Assembly (NCBI GenBank): GCA_028866445.1
Contig: JAGWIE010000001.1
Location: 1 to 37,503 of the forward strand
Direction of reading: 5' to 3'
From: Rhodospirillales bacterium
GTDB lineage: Bacteria; Pseudomonadota; Alphaproteobacteria; Acetobacterales; Acetobacteraceae
Length of the DNA: 37,503 nucleotides
The position numbers were made by a program, and so were the translations under genes. Below, in pieces: positions 19,634-28,068 of the stretch. Below the pieces are notes generated by a model. It was not told the DNA's origin. It made no database searches and saw nothing but the letters and a program-made list of their open reading frames with translations. The number at the start of each line of letters is the position of its first letter. Within the stretch, counting starts at the first letter, position 1.

Positions 19634-19957
19634 TTACTGCGCGGTGCCGGAATGGCCCATGGAGTCCGGGCTCATGGACGAGCCGTTGCCCATAGCGCTG
19701 CCGTTGCCCATAGCGCTGCCGTTGCTCATGTTGCTGTGGCTCGTGGTGGAGCCGTTGCCCATGGAATTTGGGCTCATGGAATTTGAGCCCATGGCGGAAC
19801 CGTTGCTCATGGAATTGCCGTTGCTCATGGAATTTGAACTCATGGACGAGCCATTGCCCATGCTGCCGGCGCCCATGCTGTTGTTTGTTTGCGCGAAGGC
19901 GGCGCTGGCGCTGGCCAGGGAAAGAACGCAGGCGGTAATGGTAAGAATACGGGACAT
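19634..19957 (-). CDS. Secreted methionine-rich repeat peptide (MrpX/MXKDX analogue with (S/A)M(G/S)NGS repeats)
   Basis: SD AGGA; signal peptide ending SAAFA/Q; 13 Met in the 85-aa mature part, mostly spaced 5-6 residues apart. Confidence 0.85.
   Translation of the reverse strand: MSRILTITACVLSLASASAAFAQTNNSMGAGSMGNGSSMSSNSMSNGNSMSNGSAMGSNSMSPNSMGNGSTTSHSNMSNGSAMGNGSAMGNGSSMSPDSMGHSGTAQ
19682..19729. repeat. 18-bp coding tandem repeat in the Met-rich peptide gene
   Basis: GCCGTTGCCCATAGCGCT twice plus partial GCCGTTGCTCAT; degenerate 15/18-bp units continue to about 19876. Confidence 0.85.
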
Positions 19958-20135
19958 GTGATGGTTTCCTGTGTTGAAAGCCGGGTGGTTCCGGACAACC
20001 CGGATATGGCGCAGACTGGCGGTGGGCCGCCAATGCCGATTGGGTATTGAATTGATGCCTTGCGATTAACACACCCTAGGCGGCAGGTTGCGTGTATGTT
20101 CACGATGGCTTTCGCCATAGACGGGAGTGCAGCTT

Positions 20136-20729
20136 ATGAGCAGGCGTGTAATCCACCCATGGCCCTTGCGGTTGACGCATTGGCTCAATGTCATCGCCAT
20201 GGTGGTGATGATTGGCAGCGGCTGGCAGATTTATAATGCGTCGCCGCTATTTGGTTTCACCTTTCCCACCACCATCACCATCGGCCAATGGCTAGGAGCG
20301 GCGATAGCCTGGCATTTGGCGGCCATGTGGCTGCTGGTTTTCAACGGGCTGGTTTATCTCATCTGGGGCTTCGCCAGCGGCCATTACAAGAAGCTCTTTC
20401 CCATCCGCCCGCGCGAGGTGTGGAGCGATTTCACTGGTGCGCTGCGTTTACACCTGAAACATGAGAAAGGCGTCTATAACGCTGTGCAGAAACTGCTTTA
20501 TGTCGGGGTGTTGCTGGCGGGAATTCTTGCTGTCCTTTCCGGTCTTTCCATCTGGAAGCCTGTACAGCTCTGGTTTCTATGCGATCTGTTCGGTGGCTAT
20601 TTTACCGCCCGTTATGTGCATTTTTTCGCAATGATGGGGATATGCCTTTTCATACTCGTGCATTTATTGTTGGTGGCGCTGGTGCCCAAAGTGCTGCCGC
20701 CGATGATTACCGGAGGACGCCTGCCATGA
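20136..20729 (+). CDS. Cytochrome b/b6-domain membrane protein (Ni-hydrogenase cyt b type), probable electron donor to the Mo enzyme
   Basis: RLTHW, WHLAAMW, YNAVQKLLY, YVHFF, LVHL: four His in TM helices; SD GGGAG before ATG 20136. Confidence 0.88.
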   Translation: MSRRVIHPWPLRLTHWLNVIAMVVMIGSGWQIYNASPLFGFTFPTTITIGQWLGAAIAWHLAAMWLLVFNGLVYLIWGFASGHYKKLFPIRPREVWSDFTGALRLHLKHEKGVYNAVQKLLYVGVLLAGILAVLSGLSIWKPVQLWFLCDLFGGYFTARYVHFFAMMGICLFILVHLLLVALVPKVLPPMITGGRLP

Positions 20730-21436
20730 TCAAGCGCCGTTCGCTTCTGCTTCGCGCCATGGCGCTGGGGGCAGCAACCCCGCTTGGCGGCTGCGATTAC
20801 GAGGACCCTGCTCATCCAGACCTCGCAGACAAATTTTTACACGCCATGGCTGCCTGGAACGACCGCGTGCAGGCGGCGCTGTTCGACCCGCACACCCTGG
20901 CACCCACCTTCCGGCCGGATCAAATCACCAACCCGCCACGCTTCAATGCTTTTTACGGCATCGACCAAGTGCCGGTGGTGGATGAAACAACCTACAAGCT
21001 TGAACTCGGCGGGCAGATTCAAAACAAATCCTCCTGGAGCCTGCAACAACTCCGCGCCTTGCCCCAGGAAAGTCAGATCACTCGCTTTGTGTGCGTGGAA
21101 GGCTGGCGCGTGATCGGACAATGGTCCGGCGTGAGGCTGAGTGACTTCCTGCGCCGCGTGGGGGCGGATACGACCTGCAAATATCTCAGCTTCAAATGTG
21201 CGGATGGCTATTACAGCTCCATTGACATGGCATCCGCCCTGCACCCGCAGACCATTCTGGCGCTGGACTTCCTGGGCCAGCCCCTCACGCCGCCCTTTGG
21301 TGCGCCGGTGCGGCTGCGTATCCCCACCAAGCTGGGATTCAAAAACCCAAAATCCATCATGCAGCTTGCCGTCACCAACATCTATCCCGGCGGATATTGG
21401 GAGGACCAGGGCTATAACTGGTTCAGCGGATCATGA
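20726..21436 (+). CDS. Molybdopterin oxidoreductase, sulfite oxidase/MsrP(YedY)-like; predicted Tat lipoprotein
   Basis: KRRSLL twin-Arg and LGGC lipobox; CVEGW Mo-ligand Cys; GAPVRLRIPTKLGFKNPK; GGYWEDQGY; ATGA overlap with the cytochrome b gene. Confidence 0.9.
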   Translation: MIKRRSLLLRAMALGAATPLGGCDYEDPAHPDLADKFLHAMAAWNDRVQAALFDPHTLAPTFRPDQITNPPRFNAFYGIDQVPVVDETTYKLELGGQIQNKSSWSLQQLRALPQESQITRFVCVEGWRVIGQWSGVRLSDFLRRVGADTTCKYLSFKCADGYYSSIDMASALHPQTILALDFLGQPLTPPFGAPVRLRIPTKLGFKNPKSIMQLAVTNIYPGGYWEDQGYNWFSGS

Positions 21437-22110
21437 AACACGCCATTGCTATAACGGCATCTCTGTTATTGGCGGCACCGCCTGCTCTGGCGCGGCCAGT
21501 TTTGGTGGAGATGTTCACCTCGCAATCATGCTCATCCTGTCCGCCAGCCAACGCGCTGCTGCAAAGATTGAAGGCACAGGATCATGACATTCTGCCGCTG
21601 AGTTTCGATGTGACGTATTGGAATGATCTCGGTTGGAAAGATACGGACTCGCTCTCCGCGGCGACAAAGCGGCAATATTGGTACGCCAGCCTGCGGAACA
21701 GTACAGAGGTCTACACCCCGGAAGCGGTGGTGGATGGGAAGGCACAATTTGTCGGCAGTAATGAAAGTGAGATGCGTGCCGCCATAGCCGCGGCCAAGGC
21801 GGCGCCTGCCGGTGATGTGCCCATCGGCATTGCCCGGAACGCGGATAGACTGGCTCTTAGCGTTGGCACCGGAAAAGGTGCTGGTAGCGTGCTGCTGCTT
21901 GGGTATGACAATATCCGCCGCACCGGTGTGAAAGCAGGTGAGAATGGTGGCGCGACCATTACAGAAGTGAATGTGGTGCGGGCGATGGTGCCGCTGGGAA
22001 GCTGGCACGGTGCCGCTCTAACGTTTCAGGTGCACCGCCCGGCTGGCCAACATGTCGCGGTGATTTTGCAAGCCATGAGCGGCGAGATACTGGGCCTTGG
22101 TATCCCGTAG
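21433..22110 (+). CDS. DUF1223 secreted thioredoxin-like protein
   Basis: Signal peptide; VEMFTSQSCSSCPPA, VTYWNDLGWKD, VYTPEAVVDG, GENGG; ATGA overlap. Confidence 0.9.
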   Translation: MKHAIAITASLLLAAPPALARPVLVEMFTSQSCSSCPPANALLQRLKAQDHDILPLSFDVTYWNDLGWKDTDSLSAATKRQYWYASLRNSTEVYTPEAVVDGKAQFVGSNESEMRAAIAAAKAAPAGDVPIGIARNADRLALSVGTGKGAGSVLLLGYDNIRRTGVKAGENGGATITEVNVVRAMVPLGSWHGAALTFQVHRPAGQHVAVILQAMSGEILGLGIP

Positions 22111-22122
22111 GTGCCTGGGCGG

Positions 22123-24726
22123 CTAGTAAAGTCCGCCCAGAGATTTGTCGATGGTGGAAGGCGGGGGCGGAGTACCGGGCGTGCCGCCGTTTTGTGGCGC
22201 GGTGAGTGCTCCGCCATTGCCGGAACCGCCCAGGCTGCCCATGCCGCCACCCAACAAGCCGTTGGCGTTTTGTGCGCCGGGGCTCTGGCCAGGTTTGAAG
22301 GCCTCAGTCACCATGGTGCCATCCGGTTCGGGCGTTTGCTGCAAGGTCATGCCTGAGGGCGTGACGAAATCAACCGGCGGTTGATTTTTCAAGGCCACCT
22401 TCATGTATTCGTTCCAGATCGGCCCGCACACGTTGCCACCCGTTTCGTTTTCACCCAGGTTGGCGGGCGTATCAAAACCCACCCAGCAGCCGGTTACAAT
22501 GCCTGGCGTAAAGCCGATGAACCAAGCATCGTTAAAGTTGTTGGTGGTACCGGTTTTGCCCGCGACAGGCTGGGAAATGCCTTTTACGGCTGGCACCCCG
22601 GTGCCGCGCAGCACCACGCCGCGCATCATGGTGAGCATCTGATAAACGGAATTCGCATCCGCCACCTGCTGGCCGGGCGTGGTGAGTTGCGGCGGCTGAT
22701 CCGGGCTGCCGTTAATGCAATTGGCGCATTGCTCCCCAGGTGCCTGGTAGAGAACTTTGCCATCTGGGTTGGTCACGCTATCGATCAGGCTGGGAGTCAC
22801 AAGCCGGCCGTATTGGTCCAGCGTCGCGTAGGCGGTGGTCATCTTCCATAAGGTTGTGTCTATGGCACCGATGGCGGACGGGTAATAACGCGGCATGTTA
22901 TCGACGATGCCGAAATTCTGGAACGTGGTGGCGATCGCCGAAAGGCCGATCTGGCGCGCAAGGTGAAGCGTGGCAAGGTTGAGTGATTGTTCCAAGGCAT
23001 GGAAAATCGGCACAGGGCCTTGAAAGCTGTTCTCGTAATTGCCGGGGCGGTACACCGTGCCATCTGGCATCATCTGCACGAACGGTCCGTCCAGCACCTG
23101 CGCGTCTGGCTGGATGTTTTGCTCCATCGCCGTGAGATAAACGAGCGGTTTGACCGAGGAACCAGGCTGACGCTGCGCTTGGATGGCCCGGTTGAAGGGG
23201 CTCATATCGTGACTCCAGCCGCCAACCATTGCAACGATACGGCCGGTATTCGGGTCCATTGAGATCAATGCCCCCTGAACTTTGGGAATTTGCTCCAGAG
23301 AAAGCGCGGTCAAATTCCCCGAGACCATGATCACATCGCCCGGATGCAATACATCCGCCGTAGAGTCGGGATGTGCGCCCATATATCCGTGGGTCCACGG
23401 GCGGGCCCAGCGCATGTTGGCGAGCGGCAAGGCTCCGGTGGCGGGTGAGCCGGTATTGGGGTCAGTGGTGCCGATGCGTGCGGCACTTTGCGATGCCGCA
23501 AGCACGATGCCGAGGCGCCAACCAGGCCTCAGCCCAGGCGGGTTAGACTGCTTTGGCAGCAATGTCTGCCAATCGGCGGCGAGGTCTGTATCGGCGATAT
23601 GGGTTACCAAACCGTGCCAGCCGTCATAATTCCGGTCGTAATCCTCCAGCCCGTCCCGCACGGCATTGGTGGCAGCTTGTTGCAAGTCCGGATTCAGGCT
23701 GGTGCGGACGATAAGCCCGCCAGTGTTTACCGCATCCGCCCCGAATTTCTGCACAAGCTGAGCGCGCACGGCATCGGCGAAATAACCACCATTTGGTACG
23801 CCTTGCTGGGCCTGGCCAGCTTTCGGCAATAGAGGCTCAGCCTGGGCGGCGGCAGCCTGGGTGGCGTTAATCGCGCCATCGGCCAGCATACGATCGATGA
23901 CGAAATTACGCCGTTGCAGGGAATCCTGCGGGTGCAGGAACGGGTTGTAATTGGTTGGAGCTTTCGGCAGTGCCGCGAGCGTGGCCGCCTGGGCAATATC
24001 GAGCTGAGAGAGAGGTTCGTCGAAATAGGTTTCGGCTGCTGCGGCAACGCCAAAAGAATTTTGCCCGAGATCAACCTCGTTCAGATACAAGGTAAGCACT
24101 TGCTGCTTGCTCATCGCCTGGGATACGCGCATCGCCAGGATGGCTTCCTTGATTTTGCTTCCAAAATTGATGTGATTGTCCAGCAGCATGTTTTTCACCA
24201 CCTGCTGGGTGATGGTGGAGGCACCGAGCGGTCTGCGGCCTGAGCCGATTCGCGCAATGTCGGTTAGCCCGGCGCGTAATATCGCCAGCGGGTTGATGCC
24301 CGGCTCCACCCAGAACAGCCTGTCCTCCGCAGAGACGAAAGCCTGCTGCACAACTTGGGGGATTTGGTCATAAGGCACATAGATGCTGTGCTGGGTGCCC
24401 ATTTCCGCGAGCAACTGAAAATTGGACGCATAAACGCGCGATTCCAAAGGCGGCTTATAAGTTTTGAGGCTTTCGATGCTAGGCAGCCCCGCTGAAAAAT
24501 ATAGAAACGCGGCTCCGGCAAATACAATTCCCGCGATAACCGCGAGAAAGGCCAGGCGGTACAGGCTTGAGATGAAAAACCCGATAATTCTGCCTATGAG
24601 GCTGCGGCGCTTTGGCGGCCGCTGGCCGCGTGGCCCTCGCGGGGGCTGGCGGCGCGGCGGTGGGGCGTTGCGGCTAGGGCGGGCAAGCCGTTCACGGGCA
24701 GAGAAATCATCGTTCTGGTCAGACAT
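22123..24726 (-). CDS. mrcA: Penicillin-binding protein 1A (class A PBP)
   Basis: TM anchor; GT51 motifs AEDRLF, GASTITQQVVKN, LYLN; transpeptidase motifs SSVK, SLN, KTGT. Confidence 0.93.
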   Translation of the reverse strand: MSDQNDDFSARERLARPSRNAPPPRRQPPRGPRGQRPPKRRSLIGRIIGFFISSLYRLAFLAVIAGIVFAGAAFLYFSAGLPSIESLKTYKPPLESRVYASNFQLLAEMGTQHSIYVPYDQIPQVVQQAFVSAEDRLFWVEPGINPLAILRAGLTDIARIGSGRRPLGASTITQQVVKNMLLDNHINFGSKIKEAILAMRVSQAMSKQQVLTLYLNEVDLGQNSFGVAAAAETYFDEPLSQLDIAQAATLAALPKAPTNYNPFLHPQDSLQRRNFVIDRMLADGAINATQAAAAQAEPLLPKAGQAQQGVPNGGYFADAVRAQLVQKFGADAVNTGGLIVRTSLNPDLQQAATNAVRDGLEDYDRNYDGWHGLVTHIADTDLAADWQTLLPKQSNPPGLRPGWRLGIVLAASQSAARIGTTDPNTGSPATGALPLANMRWARPWTHGYMGAHPDSTADVLHPGDVIMVSGNLTALSLEQIPKVQGALISMDPNTGRIVAMVGGWSHDMSPFNRAIQAQRQPGSSVKPLVYLTAMEQNIQPDAQVLDGPFVQMMPDGTVYRPGNYENSFQGPVPIFHALEQSLNLATLHLARQIGLSAIATTFQNFGIVDNMPRYYPSAIGAIDTTLWKMTTAYATLDQYGRLVTPSLIDSVTNPDGKVLYQAPGEQCANCINGSPDQPPQLTTPGQQVADANSVYQMLTMMRGVVLRGTGVPAVKGISQPVAGKTGTTNNFNDAWFIGFTPGIVTGCWVGFDTPANLGENETGGNVCGPIWNEYMKVALKNQPPVDFVTPSGMTLQQTPEPDGTMVTEAFKPGQSPGAQNANGLLGGGMGSLGGSGNGGALTAPQNGGTPGTPPPPSTIDKSLGGLY

Positions 24727-24787
24727 GCCGGGCTCTTAGCATTTCAATTCCCCAGCGGCGATATGGGCTAAATGACAGCTTTGCAAT

Positions 24788-25582
24788 TTAGCCCGCAACC
24801 CGGCCCTGGCCAGGGTCGCTGAAATAGCTGTCGATGGCATCGGCGAGGCGCGCCACCAGCAGCCGGCGCTGCCTGGGGTCACGCAGCCGCCGCTCATCCT
24901 CGGCGTTGCTGAGGCAACCCATTTCCAACAGGGTGGAGGGGATTGAAGGGTCGCGCAGAACCGCGAAATTAGCACTGCGCTTGGGGTCTGGCAGCAGCGG
25001 AATGCGGGCCGAGAAAGAGGAAGCGATGTCGTCGGCCAGGGTAGCCGAGCCAATTTTGGTCGCGCGGGTTTCCAGGCTCGCCAGAATATTCGCCACCTGC
25101 GGTGAAACGCCCGCCGGGGCCCCGGTGGGGCCGTCCGCGCTGTTTTCGTCCTGCGCAACGGCGGCGGCCAGTTTATCCGATGCCTTGTTGGAAAGGGTGA
25201 AAACAGAGGCGCCACGTAAATCTGGTTCCGGCAAATGGTCACAATGCATGGAAAGAAACATATCCGCTTTGTGTTCCAGCGCGATGTTCACCCGCCCTTC
25301 CAGAGAGATGAAAGTATCGGAGCTGCGCGTCATGCCCACCCTGTAGCGTCTTGTTTCGAGCAGCGCCTGGTGAAGCTCCAACGCTGTGGCTAGCGTAATG
25401 GTTTTTTCGTAAAAACCATCCGGCGCGATGGCCCCGGGGTCATGTCCGCCATGGCCTGGGTCGAGCATGATCAGCGGCTTCAGCCCGGCGGCGATTGAGC
25501 GGCGGGGCAGGGCAGCCAGGCCCGCGGCCCCGAGGCCGAGGCGCAAAAAGCCGCGGCGGGTGGCGTCGCAGGTCAGGCACAT
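24788..25582 (-). CDS. N-acetylmuramoyl-L-alanine amidase (Amidase_3), Tat signal, no AMIN domain
   Basis: TRRGFL; LDPGHGGHDPGA, EK, TRSSD, SMHCD, FAVL, LLEMG. Confidence 0.93.
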   Translation of the reverse strand: MCLTCDATRRGFLRLGLGAAGLAALPRRSIAAGLKPLIMLDPGHGGHDPGAIAPDGFYEKTITLATALELHQALLETRRYRVGMTRSSDTFISLEGRVNIALEHKADMFLSMHCDHLPEPDLRGASVFTLSNKASDKLAAAVAQDENSADGPTGAPAGVSPQVANILASLETRATKIGSATLADDIASSFSARIPLLPDPKRSANFAVLRDPSIPSTLLEMGCLSNAEDERRLRDPRQRRLLVARLADAIDSYFSDPGQGRVAG

Positions 25583-25737
25583 GGGGATTGGTCTAACATG
25601 CAGCTTTCACTCCTGGCTAGGACGCCCTGATATTTCCCGCCTTTATCCTTATTTGGTAACCGGATTATGTCTGTTTTCCGACGCTCCCGCGCGGGCCTTG
25701 CGGAACATGGGCCGCTTCGGCTATAGCCTCGCCGCAT

Positions 25738-25815
25738 CGGAGTGTAGCTCAGCCTGGTTAGAGTACTGTGTTCGGAACGCAGGGGCCGGAGGTTCGAATC
25801 CTCTCACTCCGACCA
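25738..25815 (+). tRNA. tRNA-Pro (anticodon CGG)
   Basis: CGGAGTG acceptor stem, anticodon arm CTGTG-TTCGGAA-CGCAG, GGTTCGAATCC, encoded CCA. Confidence 0.96.
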
Positions 25816-25972
25816 TTTAAATCATTGAAATTTTTGATTTGTGCCAGACATCTAAGGCGGTGCTGTGTTTATGTTTGAACATGCTGCATCAGCCTTGCGG
25901 GCGGGCTAATTTAAAAGCAGCGCCGGGGGTTTGTTCTACTGGTTGTTGCAGCAATATTTAAGGAGGTTGGCG

Positions 25973-27199
25973 ATGCCGGTCACTTCAGCAACAGAGATCA
26001 GGCGGGCGCGCAACGCTGTTGTCGCGGCGTTTATGGGCTGGACGCTAGACGCGTTTGATTTCTTTATCCTGATTTTGACCCTCGACAACGTGTCCAAAGC
26101 GTTTGGCGTTGGCATAGATTCGGTGGCGTTTTCCATCACCCTCACTTTGGCGACGCGCGCGGTTGGTGCCTTCGTGTTTGGCCGCCTTGCGGATATTTAT
26201 GGTCGCAAACCGATCCTGATGCTTGTTATTCTGCTCTATTCTTTTTTTGAGGCGATGACCGGCTTCGCGTGGTCCTTCACCGCCTTCATGGTTATTCGCA
26301 CGTTGTTCGGCATCGCAATGGGCGGCGAATGGGGCATCGGTTCCTCGCTCGCCATGGAAACCATCCCGGATCGCTGGCGCGGCTGGGTTTCCGGGCTGTT
26401 GCAAGCGGGTTATCCGTTCGGGTTTTTCCTGGCAACCTTGCTGTTCGATTTTGGTCTTCGTCCGCTGGGTTGGCGTGGCATGTTCTTCGTCGGCGCGTTG
26501 CCGGCTCTGCTGGTGTTTTTCATTGCCTCCCAGGTAGAGGAAAGCCCGGCCTATGAGGCCATGAAGCACCGGCCAAACCGCGTACCAATCAGCATTGTGC
26601 TTCGCACGAACGTGAAGCTGGTTGTTTATGGTGTGTTGATGATGGCCGCGTTCAATTTTTTCTCCCATGGCACGCAGGACATTTACGTGAAGCTGTTCTT
26701 GGGCAAGCAGTTGCATTTCGCCCATAGCGAAATGGCCAATGTGGCGCTCATCTTTAACGCGGGCGCAATTATCGGTGGCATTCTGTTTGGCCTGCTGAGC
26801 CAGAAGATCGGCCGCCGTTATGCCATTATCGGCGCTTGTGTGGTGTCGCTTCTGGCGCTGTGGCCGTGGTCTCATGGCACGAATTTCACCACCATCGCCA
26901 TTGCCGCGTTCTTCATGCAGGTTGGCGTGCAAGGGGCATGGGGCGTGGTGCCGGTGCATCTGAACGAGCTGTCGCCGTCCGAAATTCGTGGCACGTTTCC
27001 GGGCTTTGTATATCAGCTTGGCAATTTCGTGGCCTCTTTCAATGCGCCGCTTCAGGTGTCTTTGGCCATGAGCCATGGTGGAGATTATGGTTATGCGCTG
27101 GCTCTGGTGGGTGGTGTGGTCGCCGTTCTTCTTATCGTTTTGATGATATTTGGCCCGGAAGCCCGCAACGTTTCCATGGAACAGGCCACGCAAGTGTAA
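25973..27199 (+). CDS. MFS transporter, sialate/carboxylate:H+ symporter (SHS/JEN-like)
   Basis: GWTLDAFDFF, GRLADIYGRK, GIAMGGEWG, NFFSHGTQD, HLNELSP, YQLGN; SD AGGAGG before ATG 25973. Confidence 0.9.
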   Translation: MPVTSATEIRRARNAVVAAFMGWTLDAFDFFILILTLDNVSKAFGVGIDSVAFSITLTLATRAVGAFVFGRLADIYGRKPILMLVILLYSFFEAMTGFAWSFTAFMVIRTLFGIAMGGEWGIGSSLAMETIPDRWRGWVSGLLQAGYPFGFFLATLLFDFGLRPLGWRGMFFVGALPALLVFFIASQVEESPAYEAMKHRPNRVPISIVLRTNVKLVVYGVLMMAAFNFFSHGTQDIYVKLFLGKQLHFAHSEMANVALIFNAGAIIGGILFGLLSQKIGRRYAIIGACVVSLLALWPWSHGTNFTTIAIAAFFMQVGVQGAWGVVPVHLNELSPSEIRGTFPGFVYQLGNFVASFNAPLQVSLAMSHGGDYGYALALVGGVVAVLLIVLMIFGPEARNVSMEQATQV

Positions 27200-27202
27200 C
27201 TG

Positions 27203-28060
27203 ATGGCGCGTTTGCCTCTTAAGCTAATATTGGGCCGAGCGCTGCTTTATAGCGTGTTGCTGGCCGCACTGGTTGTTGCGGAAGTTTTCCTGCTGATCTG
27301 GCTAAAACCCCCGTGGTTGCGGCCTGCACTCCAAATGACGGCTGGTTTGGTGGCAATAAACGAGGCGTTATTGTTGGCTCCGGTTTTTGCCGCCACGGCA
27401 ATTATGGCGAGATTTGAGAAGCGATCCGTTTTTTCCTGCGGACTTAGCGGGCCGAAGCCATTTAGAAATCTAACAGGCGGGTTGTTCTGCGGTATCTTGG
27501 CTTTGTCCTACCTCATGCTGCTGTTGCTGGGTGGTGGGTTGGCGCTAACGCATTTGCGCGGGCTTTCCGCGCTCGAAATTCTGGGGCAGGGGGCGGCCTG
27601 GCTGGGCGTGTCCTGGCTTATCGGCTTTACGGAAGAGTTGGCCTTTCGAGGTTATCTGCTGCAAACCCTGGCGCGGGGGATGGGTTTCTGGCCCGCTGCG
27701 TTGCTCACGAGCCTGCTTTTCGCAGCCCTGCACATCACCAATGCGCATGAAACCGTAATTGGAATCATGAATGTCTTTGGTGCGGGAATGATTTTGTGCA
27801 TTGCGCTTAAACGCAGCTTTTCGCTTTGGTGGTCCATAGGCTTTCATGCGGGGTGGGATTATGCGGAGAATTTTATCTACGGCACGCACGATAGCGGCCA
27901 GGCTTGCGCGGGCGCATTGCTGAATACCCTGCCGCGCGGGCCGCTCTGGCTTTCCGGCGGGTTGGCTGGGCCAGAAGGCAGCTTGCTGGGGCTGGGCGTG
28001 GAGGTTCTGGTTGCTGCAGGTTTATATATATTTTTGCGGCCGCGCACTTCTCTAACTTAG
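27203..28060 (+). CDS. CPBP (Abi/CAAX) family intramembrane protease
   Basis: EELAFRGY, FAALH, HAGWD, GGLAGPEGS. Confidence 0.9.
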   Translation: MARLPLKLILGRALLYSVLLAALVVAEVFLLIWLKPPWLRPALQMTAGLVAINEALLLAPVFAATAIMARFEKRSVFSCGLSGPKPFRNLTGGLFCGILALSYLMLLLLGGGLALTHLRGLSALEILGQGAAWLGVSWLIGFTEELAFRGYLLQTLARGMGFWPAALLTSLLFAALHITNAHETVIGIMNVFGAGMILCIALKRSFSLWWSIGFHAGWDYAENFIYGTHDSGQACAGALLNTLPRGPLWLSGGLAGPEGSLLGLGVEVLVAAGLYIFLRPRTSLT

Positions 28061-28068
28061 ATGGTGTT

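Noticed and set aside
19682-19876. Short repeats considered as a CRISPR array
   Set aside because: 15-18-bp in-frame coding units with no unique spacers and no cas genes
19644-19961. Plus-strand Met/Pro/Leu-repeat ORF (MEPLP-like)
   Set aside because: Mirror of the Met-rich repeat gene; only the minus-strand ORF has an SD and a signal peptide
20579-20725. Upstream extension of the Mo-enzyme ORF
   Set aside because: Lies inside the cytochrome b gene; the Tat signal starts at ATG 20726
26045-27193. 382-aa antisense ORF over the MFS gene
   Set aside because: Shadow frame of a GC-rich hydrophobic gene; no motifs or SD recognised
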